DNA of 64,000 nucleotides from an uncultured Alphaproteobacteria bacterium (GTDB taxonomy: Bacteria; Pseudomonadota; Alphaproteobacteria; Rhodobacterales; Rhodobacteraceae). A program made the translations under genes and the position numbers. Below are positions 1 to 10,505 of the stretch, in pieces; within the stretch, counting starts at the first letter, position 1, and each line of letters starts with the position of its first letter. The notes under the pieces were generated by a model. That model searched no databases, was not told where the DNA came from, and was given only the letters and a program-made list of their open reading frames with translations. The stretch lies in contig CACAAX010000005.1 in assembly GCA_902530595.1 (NCBI GenBank), positions 6,755 through 70,754 of the forward strand, written 5' to 3'.

Positions 1-570
1 GTTCACTTTGCTGAACCTTTTGCTATATATCTTAAAAAACATGCCCACCGCTTACATCTAACTGGCTATCGGTTAGATAACGCAATTAAAAAGGCAAAAA
101 CAGATGAGGTCGCCACTCCAGATACAGCAAAAGATCTGGTGTGGGGGTTCATAAATGAGGAAACAAAAATCCAGCCAGCTGCAAAAGGTGCTCCACAAGC
201 ACTAGAGAAACTTCAAGAATATGCCCAGATTATAATTTTAAGCAATGTCCCTTACTCCGTCCATAATGATAGGGTGGCCAACCTTAAAGGCCTAAATATG
301 GATTATCCATTAATTAGTAATGAAGGGATGAAGGGGCCGGCCGTGAAGGAAATCCTGAAAAACCATAAAGCCCAGTCATTTTTTATTGATGACAATCCTT
401 ATCAAGTGGAGAGCGTATATAAGGTCAATCAGCAAACAGTGTGTGTGCATTTTTCGGTTTGTGACTTAGTTAAGCCTTATATGCCTAAAGCTGTTGGAGC
501 ATCTATAGAGCCTACCTCATGGGAAGATTTAGTTTCCCAATTAATAGGCCGTTTAAAAGATGCCGAATGA
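1..570 (+). CDS. HAD-like hydrolase family protein, 5'-truncated by window edge
   Basis: Frame 1 has no stop from base 1 to the listed GTG at 139, so the ORF enters from upstream. HAD-type C-terminal motif FFIDDNP. Its stop overlaps the next start (ATGA at 567-570). Confidence 0.45.
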   Translation, partial: VHFAEPFAIYLKKHAHRLHLTGYRLDNAIKKAKTDEVATPDTAKDLVWGFINEETKIQPAAKGAPQALEKLQEYAQIIILSNVPYSVHNDRVANLKGLNMDYPLISNEGMKGPAVKEILKNHKAQSFFIDDNPYQVESVYKVNQQTVCVHFSVCDLVKPYMPKAVGASIEPTSWEDLVSQLIGRLKDAE

Positions 571-1265
571 AAATTAAGGGGATTATCTTCGATAAAGATG
601 GCACTTTATTTGACATCCAAAGATCATGGTCAGAGTGGGCTAAAGTCTTTGTCACGAAGTTCAGCAATCAACATAATCTAGACAAACTGACATTGGCTAA
701 AGCAATAAACTTTGACTTAGCTTCTGATAAATTCGTGAGGGAAAGTATTTTTGTGCATGGCTCCGTGGATGAGGTAGTCGAAGCAATTTTCCAAAAGTTC
801 CCGCAAATAATGAAAAAGAAGATTCATGAAGGTTTATTTGAGGGTTCTGGTGATGCTAAACAAGTACCATTAACTAATCTACATACATTGTTTAATAACT
901 TAGGAACAATTACATTCGGTCTGGTAACAAATGACAGTGAAAACAATGCTATAAAACATCTTGAACAGCATAATTTAACTCAATATTTCGATATGATAAT
1001 CGGCTATGACAGTGGATATGGTTCTAAGCCAGAACCCGGACAACTCGAGGCTTTTTTAAGAAAAACAAATTTACTATCCCAAGAGGTACTGATGATTGGT
1101 GATAGTACTTATGACTTAGTGGCAGCGAATAAAATAAGTATGCCTTGTCTTGGAGTATTGTCAGGAACTGCAAATAAAAAAGATTTAAGTGCCCATACCC
1201 CTTTTGTAATTGATAGTATTGATGAATTAGAGGCGTGGCTAAAAAAGACTTTCCTAGTTAGGTAG
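567..1265 (+). CDS. HAD-superfamily phosphatase (phosphoglycolate phosphatase-like)
   Basis: MKIKGIIFDKDGTLFD carries HAD motif I (DxDGT). LVTND and GDSTYD match motifs II and IV. I chose the ATG at 567 (ATGA overlap with the upstream stop) over the track start at 519. Confidence 0.7.
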   Translation: MKIKGIIFDKDGTLFDIQRSWSEWAKVFVTKFSNQHNLDKLTLAKAINFDLASDKFVRESIFVHGSVDEVVEAIFQKFPQIMKKKIHEGLFEGSGDAKQVPLTNLHTLFNNLGTITFGLVTNDSENNAIKHLEQHNLTQYFDMIIGYDSGYGSKPEPGQLEAFLRKTNLLSQEVLMIGDSTYDLVAANKISMPCLGVLSGTANKKDLSAHTPFVIDSIDELEAWLKKTFLVR

Positions 1266-1307
1266 ATATCATATAATAATCTACAAGATGTTTGCTACGA
1301 ATTTGTA

Positions 1308-2852
1308 ATGAGAAGAAAATCTTCACGTATTTCCAACGACGAAATTAGAGCCTCGAGGCTTTCGCTTCAGCAACAGAGTTGGCAGATACCATATAACTTT
1401 GATAATTTTGTTGAGCCACTTAAGGAAGAGGCAGTGATTGCGATACATAATACGGCAATGAAGATTCTCGAGGATATCGGCGTCCTATTTCTAAATCCAG
1501 AAGCATGCAAGATTCTTCAAAAAGCAGGATGTAAAGTAGAACTTAATGACTCAAAGGTGAAAATGGATCGCCGATGGGTTATGGACATGTTGAAAACAGT
1601 TCCACAACATTTTTCTATCACACCAAGAAATCCCAAGAATAAAATTAAGATTGGAGATCGGCATATTGTATTTGGTAATGTTTCTTCTCCTCCAAACGTG
1701 TTGGATCTAGATAGAGGAAAGAGGCCTGGAGATTTTGATAGCTTTAAAGATTTGACAAAGTTAACTCAATTTTTCAATTGCATTCATTTCTCAGGAGGAT
1801 ATCCAGTAGAGCCAGTAGATATTCATCCCTCAATTCGACACTTACATTGTTTATATGAACAACTCACCCTTACCGACAAAGTAGTTCACGCTTATTCACT
1901 AGGTCCAGAAAGGGTTCAAGATGCAATGGAATTGGCAAAGATTGCTTCTGGTTTAGATGAAAAAGAATTCTTTTCAAAACCAAGACTTTTTACAAACATT
2001 AATTCGACTTCCCCACTAAAGCATGATTGGCCAATGCTTGACGGTGCTATGAGATTCGCGAAAAAAAATCAGCCTGTGGTAGTTACACCTTTTACTTTAG
2101 CCGGAGCGATGTCTCCTGTCACGATAGCTGGATCAGTTGCACAGGCACTGGCTGAAGCATTAGCAGCAATTGCACTACTTCAATACATAAACCCTGGAAG
2201 CCCTTGCGTTTTGGGGACTTTTACATCAAATGTCGACATGAAAAGTGGAGCGCCTGCCTTTGGAACACCTGAGTATATCAGAGCAACGCAGATTACAGGT
2301 CAAATGGCTCGCTTTTACAAAATCCCTTTACGTGCGTCAAATGCGTGCGCATCAAATGCTCCAGACGCTCAGGCTACATGGGAAAGCTCCAACAGTTTGT
2401 GGTCAGCTATTTCTGGGGGAGTAAATATGGTTTATCACGGAGCAGGTTGGTTAGAAGGTGGATTAATAGCTAGCTATGAGAAATTTATTATTGATTGCGA
2501 GATTATTCAGCAACTTCAAAAATATCTTGACCCTGAAATTACTAATGCTAGTGAGGAAAAGTTGGCTTTCTCAGCTATACAAGAGGTAGGTCATAATGGG
2601 CACTTCTTCGGCGCTACACATACCCAAGAAAGGTACAAGGATGCTTTTTATGCACCAATCTTATCAGACTGGCGCAACTATGAGGCTTGGGAAGCAGATG
2701 GGAAACTATCGACGGAGAAAAGGGCAAACAATCTTTGGAAGCAGATACTAGAGGAGTTTGAACCCCCAATGATTGATTCAAAAATAGCGTCAGAATTATA
2801 CAATTTTGTTCAACGAAGAAAAAAAGACGGTGGAGTCAAAACTGATTTTTAA
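1308..2852 (+). CDS. mttB: MttB-family (trimethylamine methyltransferase superfamily) methyltransferase, non-pyrrolysine type
   Basis: 514-aa uninterrupted ORF. Length and overall sequence resemble bacterial non-Pyl MttB homologues (glycine-betaine/quaternary-amine:corrinoid methyltransferases). Family call is from recollection, not a search. Confidence 0.6.
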   Translation: MRRKSSRISNDEIRASRLSLQQQSWQIPYNFDNFVEPLKEEAVIAIHNTAMKILEDIGVLFLNPEACKILQKAGCKVELNDSKVKMDRRWVMDMLKTVPQHFSITPRNPKNKIKIGDRHIVFGNVSSPPNVLDLDRGKRPGDFDSFKDLTKLTQFFNCIHFSGGYPVEPVDIHPSIRHLHCLYEQLTLTDKVVHAYSLGPERVQDAMELAKIASGLDEKEFFSKPRLFTNINSTSPLKHDWPMLDGAMRFAKKNQPVVVTPFTLAGAMSPVTIAGSVAQALAEALAAIALLQYINPGSPCVLGTFTSNVDMKSGAPAFGTPEYIRATQITGQMARFYKIPLRASNACASNAPDAQATWESSNSLWSAISGGVNMVYHGAGWLEGGLIASYEKFIIDCEIIQQLQKYLDPEITNASEEKLAFSAIQEVGHNGHFFGATHTQERYKDAFYAPILSDWRNYEAWEADGKLSTEKRANNLWKQILEEFEPPMIDSKIASELYNFVQRRKKDGGVKTDF

Positions 2853-2856
2853 AAAG

Positions 2857-4260
2857 TCAGCTAATTTTTGTTAATAGCTCGTCGACCGACTTTTTTGCGT
2901 CTCCATACAACATTCTACTATTTTCTTTGTAAAACAGAGGATTTTCGATACCCGAATAACCTGTACCCTTGCCGCGTTTCGAGATTATGACGTCCCTAGA
3001 TTTCCATACCTCCAGTACGGGCATCCCAGCAATAGGACTATTTGGATCATCTTGAGCAGCGGGATTTACAATATCATTAGAACCAATAACTATAACTACA
3101 TCTGTTTCTGGGAAATCTTGATTTATTTCATCCATTTCGAGAACTATGTCGTATGGTACCTTTGCTTCAGCAAGTAGTACATTCATATGTCCAGGTAATC
3201 TTCCTGCAACAGGATGGATTGCGAATCTAACCTTTTTGCCTCTATTACGAAGGCGTTTGGTAAGCTCAGAAATAGACGATTGAGCTTGAGCAACAGCCAT
3301 TCCGTAACCGGGGACAATAATAATCTCTTTTGCATTTTCGAGCATACTGGCAACGGAGTCATTGTCAGTTGCAACCATCTCTCCCTCTATATCAGCCAAT
3401 GGTTCGCCACTTCCTCCCCATCCTCCTAATATAACAGACACAAAGTTTCTATTCATTGCTTTACACATAATATAAGAAAGGATGGCTCCAGAGGACCCAA
3501 CAAGCGCGCCGGTAACAATTAACAGGTCGTTGCCTAACATAAAACCTGTAGCTGCAGCTGCCCATCCTGAGTAACTATTTAGCATTGATACCACAACGGG
3601 CATATCAGCACCACCAATGGCCAAAACCAAATGCGCACCGATAACGAAAGCAATTATAGTCATAGCTACTAGCGTCCATATCCCCGTTTGGTTGAGATAT
3701 GTCGCTAAGACTGTATCGTTAAGGTACATCCAACCAAGCACTAAACAAACAACAACCATCAATATGTTTAAGAGATGTCGACCGGGTAAAATAACTGCTT
3801 TCCCAGTTATACTCCCAGCAAGCTTCCCATACGCTACTACGGATCCTGTGAAAGTAATAGCACCAATAAAAATACCAAGAAAAACTTCTGTATCATGTAT
3901 CACTTTATCGGCTCCAAAATACATTTTGGTAGGGTTGATTTCCTGATTTAAACCAATAAAAACTGCTGCTAAACCAACAAAAGAATGTAGGGCTGCTACC
4001 AATTCAGGCATCCCCGTCATTTGAACTCTTTGGGCAACAAACAATCCAATTATTGAACCTACAATGAGGCTCGGAATTAAATACTTAGATACACTCATTT
4101 CTGGGCCTAATACAGTTGCCAAAATGGCAATAGCCATACCCACAATACCAAACCAAACACCTCTTTTGGCTTTTTCTTGGTTACTCAAACCACCTAGAGA
4201 GAGGATAAATAATACGCTTGAACCGATATACGCCGCTGTTACTAACTCTGTACTTAGCAT
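2857..4260 (-). CDS. pntB: NAD(P) transhydrogenase subunit beta
   Basis: Polytopic N-terminal half. C-terminal NADP(H) domain has [34 protein letters not shown] and [11 protein letters not shown], as in PntB. Adjacent to pntA. Confidence 0.9.
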   Translation of the reverse strand: MLSTELVTAAYIGSSVLFILSLGGLSNQEKAKRGVWFGIVGMAIAILATVLGPEMSVSKYLIPSLIVGSIIGLFVAQRVQMTGMPELVAALHSFVGLAAVFIGLNQEINPTKMYFGADKVIHDTEVFLGIFIGAITFTGSVVAYGKLAGSITGKAVILPGRHLLNILMVVVCLVLGWMYLNDTVLATYLNQTGIWTLVAMTIIAFVIGAHLVLAIGGADMPVVVSMLNSYSGWAAAATGFMLGNDLLIVTGALVGSSGAILSYIMCKAMNRNFVSVILGGWGGSGEPLADIEGEMVATDNDSVASMLENAKEIIIVPGYGMAVAQAQSSISELTKRLRNRGKKVRFAIHPVAGRLPGHMNVLLAEAKVPYDIVLEMDEINQDFPETDVVIVIGSNDIVNPAAQDDPNSPIAGMPVLEVWKSRDVIISKRGKGTGYSGIENPLFYKENSRMLYGDAKKSVDELLTKIS

Positions 4261-4271
4261 AAGAGAACCTC

Positions 4272-5834
4272 TTAACTTTTCTGAAACATAGCGAGCATTC
4301 TTTTTGTAACAAGAAATCCTCCCACGATGTTTATTGTTGCGATCAAAACGGAAATACTAGCAAGTATTTCCACGACGAAATTAGGCGACCCAACCTGCAA
4401 AAGTGCGCCTACGACGATAATACCGGATATCGCATTGGTCACCGCCATTAATGGTGTGTGCAATGCATGATTTACATTCCAAATAACCTGAAAGCCGACG
4501 AAGCAAGACAAAACAAATACTATGAAATGTTGCATAAATGCTGGAGGAGCATATTGGCCTAAAAGAGCCATGACCAAACCTCCCAGAATTAACATTCCTA
4601 CTTGAAAGGCACCAGCCTTTCTGGTAGCAGCAGCTTCTTCTATTTTCAATTGCTCGGGTGTTTTTTCTACCACTTCTGAATTTTTTGTAGTTGGCACCGC
4701 TTTCACCTTTGGCGCCGGTGGTGGGTACATTATTTTTCCACCATGAGTTACAAGCGACCCCCTGATAATATCATCGTCCAGGTTTACAGCTACTTTTCCA
4801 TTCTTTTCAGGTGTTAGATCATCAAAAAGATGTCTTACATTATTGGCGTAGAGAGATGACGACTGTTTTGCCATCCTACTTGGGAAATCTGTGTAGCCTA
4901 TAATCGTAACGCCATTTTTTGTAACAACTTTTTTATCTGCCTTGGTTAAATCACAATTTCCTCCTTTTTCAGCAGCGAGGTCTACGATTACTGAGCCTGG
5001 CTTCATCTTAGCTACCATATCTTTCAGCCATAATTTTGGTGCATCTCTTCCTGGAATTAGCGCTGTTGTAATCAATATATCTATATCTGGAGCTTGCTCT
5101 CGGAAACATTCCAATTGCTTTTTCCTAAATTCGGGACTCGAAGGTGCTGCGTAACCTCTATCGGTTGAGCCACTTTCATCAAAATCAAGAAATAAAAATT
5201 CGGCTCCCATAGACTCGATTTGTTCAGCAACTTCAGGCCTCACGTCGAATGCTCTTACTACAGCACCTAGGCCTTGGGCTGCTCCAATTGCAGCGAGACC
5301 AGCAACCCCTGCTCCTATTACAAGGACCTTAGCAGGTGGAACTCGGCCAGCAGCTGTTATTTGTCCAGTAAAAAATCGACCGAAATTATTTGCGGCCTCT
5401 ATCACAGCTCTGTAGCCGGCAATATTTGCCATCGATGAGAGAGCATCCATCTTCTGAGCTCTACTTATTCTAGGGATCATATCCATAGAAAGAGAGGTTA
5501 TCTTTTTCTTATTTAAGTCTTTTACAAGCTGAGGGTTTTGAGCTGGCCATATGAAAGTAATCAAAATCTGTCCGACTTTAAATCTTTTTAGTTCAGCAGT
5601 GGTAGGTTGATTAACTTTTATAAGCGCTTCACTGTTTTTAATGAGATCGCTTGAAGACGCCATAACTCTTACCCCAGCTGCTTTGTATTCAGCGTCAGCA
5701 AAACCTGCACTAGTACCAGCACCTTTTTCGATCAGACACTTATGACCTAACTTTGACAAAAGTTGAGCGCTTTCTGGTGTTAGTGCTACTCTATTCTCGT
5801 CTTTCTTATTTTCTTTTAACGCTCCAATAATCAT
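4272..5834 (-). CDS. pntA: NAD(P) transhydrogenase subunit alpha (fused dI plus membrane segment)
   Basis: Alanine-dehydrogenase/PNT-like N-terminus ([10 protein letters not shown]). Rossmann motif [18 protein letters not shown]-terminal transmembrane helices. Directly upstream of pntB. Confidence 0.9.
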   Translation of the reverse strand: MIIGALKENKKDENRVALTPESAQLLSKLGHKCLIEKGAGTSAGFADAEYKAAGVRVMASSSDLIKNSEALIKVNQPTTAELKRFKVGQILITFIWPAQNPQLVKDLNKKKITSLSMDMIPRISRAQKMDALSSMANIAGYRAVIEAANNFGRFFTGQITAAGRVPPAKVLVIGAGVAGLAAIGAAQGLGAVVRAFDVRPEVAEQIESMGAEFLFLDFDESGSTDRGYAAPSSPEFRKKQLECFREQAPDIDILITTALIPGRDAPKLWLKDMVAKMKPGSVIVDLAAEKGGNCDLTKADKKVVTKNGVTIIGYTDFPSRMAKQSSSLYANNVRHLFDDLTPEKNGKVAVNLDDDIIRGSLVTHGGKIMYPPPAPKVKAVPTTKNSEVVEKTPEQLKIEEAAATRKAGAFQVGMLILGGLVMALLGQYAPPAFMQHFIVFVLSCFVGFQVIWNVNHALHTPLMAVTNAISGIIVVGALLQVGSPNFVVEILASISVLIATINIVGGFLVTKRMLAMFQKS

Positions 5835-5990
5835 ACTGTTCTCTTGAGTTTCTTTTTATTATCAATTCTTTCCCGAAGTTTCTCTTTGGGATAGGTTGTT
5901 TTAGACAAAAAATAATAAGAAAGTCAAATGCAAAAAGCCATTATCTGTCTAACTAGCCTACATAATAAAAAAGTTGTCTGTGAAGCACGT

Positions 5991-6065
5991 TGGAGCGGGC
6001 GATGAGATTCGAACTCACGACATTTACCTTGGCAAGGTAACGCTCTACCCCTGAGCTACGCCCGC
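5991..6065 (-). tRNA. tRNA-Gly (anticodon GCC)
   Basis: The reverse complement GCGGGCGTAGCTCAGGGGTAGAGCGTTACCTTGCCAAGGTAAATGTCGTGAGTTCGAATCTCATCGCCCGCTCCA folds as a cloverleaf: 7-bp acceptor stem, GCTC/GAGC D stem, TTACC/GGTAA anticodon stem with loop TTGCCAA, TTCGAAT T-loop and encoded CCA. Confidence 0.92.
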
Positions 6066-6187
6066 AACAAATTTTTTATACATGGAAAATTGTGAAAAAC
6101 AAATAAAATAATTGGCATATTCTTTAGGAAGCTAAATTATTAAACTTTCATTTGATAAAGTAATTTAGGGTTGTTAATTACAATACC

Positions 6188-8413
6188 ATGAAAGACATTT
6201 CATATTTAGGCGATCTCAACAGTGAGCAAGAGAAGGCGGTGCGTCAGACCGATGGGCCAGTTCTAGTATTGGCAGGAGCGGGCACTGGGAAAACAAAGGC
6301 TTTGACTGCACGAGTTGCCTATTTGATAAAAAGTCTTAATGTAAGATCACACAACATTCTAGCCGTTACGTTCACGAACAAAGCAGCGAATGAGATGAAA
6401 TTCAGAATAGAGGAACATATTGGACATCTTTCTGAGGGCTTAAAGTGGATAGGCACTTTTCATTCAATATGTGTAAAGATTCTTCGGAGACATGCTGAAA
6501 AAGTAAACTTAAATTCTAGTTTCACGATTATTAATACAGATGATCAAATTCGTTTATTGAGGCAGGTGATAAAACTTGAGTCAATTGATGAGAAAAAATG
6601 GCCTCCTCGATTGCTGGCTTACATCATCGATCAATGGAAGAATAAAGCTTTAACATATCAAAACATTCCAGAAGACGACCTTCAATTTGATGGGAAAGCA
6701 AAAAAACTCTACGAAATTTATCAATCCCGCTTACGTACGCTCAATGCTGTTGACTTTGGTGACTTGATTCTTCACGTCATAGAGATATTAAAAACAGATA
6801 CCTCTCTCCTTTTTAATTATCAAAACTTGTTTAAGTATATCCTCGTTGATGAGTATCAGGACACGAACATGGCGCAATACCTATTGCTAAGATTATTAGC
6901 ACAAGGAAGCAAAAATATTTGTTGTGTAGGCGACGATGATCAGTCCATTTATGGATGGAGAGGGGCAGAGATCGGAAACATTCTTAAATTTGAAAAAGAC
7001 TTCCCCGGCGCCATAGTTATACGATTGGAACAAAACTACCGATCAACTTCAAATATCCTAGGCGCAGCAAGTGGACTAATAGAAAGCAACAAGGGAAGAC
7101 TCGGGAAAACACTGTGGACTGAGTCAAATGTGGGAGACAAAGTCCAAATAATCAAGCATATCGATGGGAAGGATGAAGTATCTTGGATTTGTGATGATAT
7201 TCACAATAAAATAAAGTCGGAAAAAATAAAATTTTCTGATATTGCGATATTGTTCAGAGCAACATGGCAGTTTAGAGATTTTGAAGATCTCTTACTAAGA
7301 AGAGATATTCCACATATCATAATAGGTGGCACGCGTTTTTTTGATCGACAAGAAATTAAGGATGCAGTGGCTTATCTTAGGATAATAAATTCTGACGCAG
7401 ACAGCTTAGCTTTAGAAAGAATAATAAATGTACCAAAACGAGGCATAGGAGAAAAATCACTACAACAACTACATAATATTGCGAGAGAAAATAATTTTAG
7501 GTTGATAGATGCTGTGCGTCATGCGGTGAAGACCGGCTTACTAGGTAAAAAGATACAAGAGAACCTTGGGCGCTTTATGGATATGTTAGACATATGGCGT
7601 GATGTGGATTCATCCGATAAGAAAAATCATATTGATCTCGTCGAGCAGGTTCTGGACGAGTCTGGTTATACGGATGTGCTTCAAAATGAACAAACACCAG
7701 AGTCAGAAGGGAGGTTAGAGAATCTAAAAGAATTGGTATCAAGCTTGAATGATTTTTCTGATCTACAAGCGTTTCTTGATCATGTCTCACTTGTTATGGA
7801 AAACCAAGTTGACAGAAATCCTGATAAAGTCTCGTTAATGACCTTACATGCCTCTAAGGGTCTTGAGTTCAAACAAATATACCTTCCAGGCTGGGAAGAA
7901 GAAACTTTTCCCAACAAAAAATCTTTGGATGATAACGGTCAAAACGGGTTAGAAGAAGAACGAAGGCTAGCTTATGTAGGTATTACTCGAGCAAAACTTT
8001 TATGTACAATAAGTTCTGCAGAGAGCAGATATAAGTTTGGTGATTTCAACTTCAATCTTGAAAGTAGATTTATAAAAGAATTACCTGATAACTATGTTGA
8101 AGACTTGACACCTTCAGGGTTTCAATCTTCCAATGCAATAAACCAACCAAATTTTCTCGAGCAAGAGTCATCATTCTACAGATCACCTGGCTGGAGCAGA
8201 CTTCAAAATAACATCGCTAATTATTCCTCTCCATTTTTTAATAGCACACCAAACGTAAATAAAGCATTTAACGTTGGCGATAGAGTATTCCATGAAAAAT
8301 TTGGCTACGGAATTATAGCTGAACTAGAGAGCGATAAGGCCCTAGTCGATTTCGAAAAGGCCGATAGAAAAAACATAAAAACGGCATTTCTTACTTCTGA
8401 AAAAGACCTGTGA
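6188..8413 (+). CDS. uvrD: UvrD/Rep/PcrA-family ATP-dependent DNA helicase
   Basis: Superfamily-1 helicase motifs: GAGTGKT (Walker A), DEYQDTN (motif II), VGDDDQSIYGWRGA, QNYRS, TLHASKGLEF and YVGITRA. Confidence 0.88.
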   Translation: MKDISYLGDLNSEQEKAVRQTDGPVLVLAGAGTGKTKALTARVAYLIKSLNVRSHNILAVTFTNKAANEMKFRIEEHIGHLSEGLKWIGTFHSICVKILRRHAEKVNLNSSFTIINTDDQIRLLRQVIKLESIDEKKWPPRLLAYIIDQWKNKALTYQNIPEDDLQFDGKAKKLYEIYQSRLRTLNAVDFGDLILHVIEILKTDTSLLFNYQNLFKYILVDEYQDTNMAQYLLLRLLAQGSKNICCVGDDDQSIYGWRGAEIGNILKFEKDFPGAIVIRLEQNYRSTSNILGAASGLIESNKGRLGKTLWTESNVGDKVQIIKHIDGKDEVSWICDDIHNKIKSEKIKFSDIAILFRATWQFRDFEDLLLRRDIPHIIIGGTRFFDRQEIKDAVAYLRIINSDADSLALERIINVPKRGIGEKSLQQLHNIARENNFRLIDAVRHAVKTGLLGKKIQENLGRFMDMLDIWRDVDSSDKKNHIDLVEQVLDESGYTDVLQNEQTPESEGRLENLKELVSSLNDFSDLQAFLDHVSLVMENQVDRNPDKVSLMTLHASKGLEFKQIYLPGWEEETFPNKKSLDDNGQNGLEEERRLAYVGITRAKLLCTISSAESRYKFGDFNFNLESRFIKELPDNYVEDLTPSGFQSSNAINQPNFLEQESSFYRSPGWSRLQNNIANYSSPFFNSTPNVNKAFNVGDRVFHEKFGYGIIAELESDKALVDFEKADRKNIKTAFLTSEKDL

Positions 8414-8442
8414 GCCTGAACTCTAAATAAAGCAAAAACCAA

Positions 8443-9657
8443 TCAAGCTACGACACGTGAAAGTGCGCATTGGCTCCAAAGCTCGTTCATAGCATTAACT
8501 AAAAAGTCAATATCGGAAAAAGAGTGAACAGGAGATGGAGTTATCCTTAACCGCTCAGTTCCTTTAGGAACAGTTGGGTAGTTTATCGGTTGCACATAAA
8601 TTCCATAATTTTCCATTAAAATATCGCTTATCATTTTACATTTAATGGGATCCTTGATCATAACTGGAACTATATGGCTAGGATTAGCTAAGTGCGGTAT
8701 ATCATGTTGATCAAGTTTTTCCCGCAGGTATTTTACTTTCCGTTTTTGATCTGCTCTCTCAATTTCAGAAGATTTTAAATGTCTGATTGACGCTAGTGCT
8801 CCAGCGGCAATTGCTGGGGGTAGTGCAGTTGTAAATATAAAGCCGCTTGAGAAAGATCTCACAAAATCACAAACCTCTTTTGAGCCACTGATGTAACCAC
8901 CAAGAACTCCAAAAGCTTTCCCTAGAGTTCCCTCTATAATCGAAATTCGATCAGCAACTCCATCCCTTTCGGAAACACCTCCTCCTCGTTTGCCGTAAAG
9001 ACCCACAGCATGTACCTCGTCCAAATAAGTTAGCGCTCCGAACTCATCGGCAACATCGCATATATCAGAGATAGGTGATATATCCCCGTCCATTGAATAC
9101 ACAGACTCAAAAGCAATGATTTTTGGAACATTAGGGTCGAGGCTGCTGAGATGATTTCTAAGATCATTTACATCATTATGCTTCCAAATAATTTTCTTAG
9201 CTCGCGAATGCCGAACTCCTTCTATCATTGATGCATGGTTTAGTTCATCAGACAGAATTACACAATTTTCTAAATTTGCTCCTAAGACCGAAAGCGAAGC
9301 CCAGTTAGAGACATAACCGGAGGTAAAAAGCAAAGCTGAATCTTTTCCATGTAGGTCAGCCAATTCCTCTTCAAGCAAGACGTGATAATGATTTGTCCCT
9401 GAGATATTTCGTGTTCCGCCAGCACCAGCACCACACTTTTCCAACGCCTCACTCATTGCTGCAATAACTTCCTTATTCTGACCCATTCCCAGATAGTCAT
9501 TGGAGCACCACACCGTGACATCACGTTCCTTGTTTCCAATATAATTTTTCGCTCGAGGAAAAGACCCTTTATATCTTTCAAGATCAGCGAAAACTCGATA
9601 ATTTCCTTCTCGTTTTAACTTTTCAAGCCTTTCCTGAAAAATTTTATCGTAGTTCAT
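8443..9657 (-). CDS. hemA: 5-aminolevulinate synthase
   Basis: [23 protein letters not shown] is a typical ALAS N-terminus. It belongs to the alpha-oxoamine synthase family, with the PLP lysine in GTLGKAFG. I chose the ATG at 9657 (14th codon of the track ORF). Last gene of the puh-acsF-puhE string. Confidence 0.9.
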   Translation of the reverse strand: MNYDKIFQERLEKLKREGNYRVFADLERYKGSFPRAKNYIGNKERDVTVWCSNDYLGMGQNKEVIAAMSEALEKCGAGAGGTRNISGTNHYHVLLEEELADLHGKDSALLFTSGYVSNWASLSVLGANLENCVILSDELNHASMIEGVRHSRAKKIIWKHNDVNDLRNHLSSLDPNVPKIIAFESVYSMDGDISPISDICDVADEFGALTYLDEVHAVGLYGKRGGGVSERDGVADRISIIEGTLGKAFGVLGGYISGSKEVCDFVRSFSSGFIFTTALPPAIAAGALASIRHLKSSEIERADQKRKVKYLREKLDQHDIPHLANPSHIVPVMIKDPIKCKMISDILMENYGIYVQPINYPTVPKGTERLRITPSPVHSFSDIDFLVNAMNELWSQCALSRVVA

Positions 9658-10492
9658 TTTTACTCTCCCTAGGAAAATTTGATTTTGTTTCTGCAAGCAT
9701 AATGACGTCTGATGACTTCCTTAAATTTGGTAACATCCAATTCCAAAGAGTGGCATCTTTAAAAGGTAAAGCCATGAATAGATGCTCAAGTACTGCCAAT
9801 CCCGCGAGGGTGCTCAATAACAAATATCCAAACTGGATATCTGACATGGGCTCTGCAGCAAAAGTAAATCCCACTAAAAATAAAAACATAAGACACAGCA
9901 TAATAGTGGAAGCAATAAAGAAAAAGCCGATAGGTGCAACTTTACAAAATGTCGCGATATGCTTTAGTGGGGCCGTCAAAAAATGTAAATTTATATATGG
10001 CACTCCAAAGAAAAGATTGAGCTTGGCCGAAACTCTAGCCACATAAAGTATTAAAAATGTAGTTAATCCAAAATTATTTTCTGAACCAATTGACAGCACG
10101 GCCATAATAAACAAACAGGAAAGCAGAAAACATTCATTCAGTGCTATTGATCGGAAACCATTTATAAAACGCTCACGTTCTGTGTCTCCATCTATTTCTT
10201 GCTTTTCTAAGAGAGGAATACCAGCAACAACACCTGTTAGAAATGTTAATTCAACCCAGCCCCAGATAAATAAACTTGCCAGAAAAGAACAGAAAATTTC
10301 TGCATAGCTCATGCCATCTAAACAATAAAAATAAAAGTACCATGCACAAAAAAACAGAGGCAAAGTAACTAAAACTACCGTGAAACGTGTCTTGCTATCA
10401 CTTAAATCTAGTCGCTTTGCCGTATATAAAATTACGCCAGTTAAGAACCACCATAAAAATAAAACGAAAAATATACTTACTATTGAGCTCAT
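9644..10492 (-). CDS. puhE: PuhE-like putative photosynthetic complex assembly membrane protein
   Basis: A polytopic membrane protein of about 280 aa, in the conserved position between acsF and hemA. It overlaps the hemA start by 14 nt. Call rests mainly on synteny. Confidence 0.7.
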   Translation of the reverse strand: MSSIVSIFFVLFLWWFLTGVILYTAKRLDLSDSKTRFTVVLVTLPLFFCAWYFYFYCLDGMSYAEIFCSFLASLFIWGWVELTFLTGVVAGIPLLEKQEIDGDTERERFINGFRSIALNECFLLSCLFIMAVLSIGSENNFGLTTFLILYVARVSAKLNLFFGVPYINLHFLTAPLKHIATFCKVAPIGFFFIASTIMLCLMFLFLVGFTFAAEPMSDIQFGYLLLSTLAGLAVLEHLFMALPFKDATLWNWMLPNLRKSSDVIMLAETKSNFPRESKNELR

Positions 10493-10505
10493 AAACTTCT
10501 TTCTT

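Noticed and set aside
1308-2852. In-frame TAG (pyrrolysine) in the MttB-family gene
   Set aside because: The 514-codon ORF is uninterrupted and no Pyl machinery is in the window. It is a non-Pyl family member.
3617-3946. Track ORFs lying antisense or out of frame inside well-supported genes. Examples: 3183-3374, 3214-3429, 3617-3946, 4942-5154, 9702-10046, 13150-13566, 15875-16174, 20579-20860, 27650-28210, 32576-32932, 35017-35466, 36710-37051, 37722-37985, 43307-43648, 45905-46150, 53277-53627, 62590-62811, 63185-63463 and 63527-63772
   Set aside because: Each is fully embedded in a longer ORF with clear family motifs. Their translations are low-complexity and motif-free, so I treat them as shadow ORFs.
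5991-6065. tRNA-Gly as the integration site of a horizontally acquired PGC island
   Set aside because: The tRNA is on the minus strand, so its 3' end (5991) faces away from the PGC, and uvrD lies between them. I saw no integrase, no transposase and no direct repeat of the tRNA 3' end at the bchO side. A full repeat search was not possible by eye.
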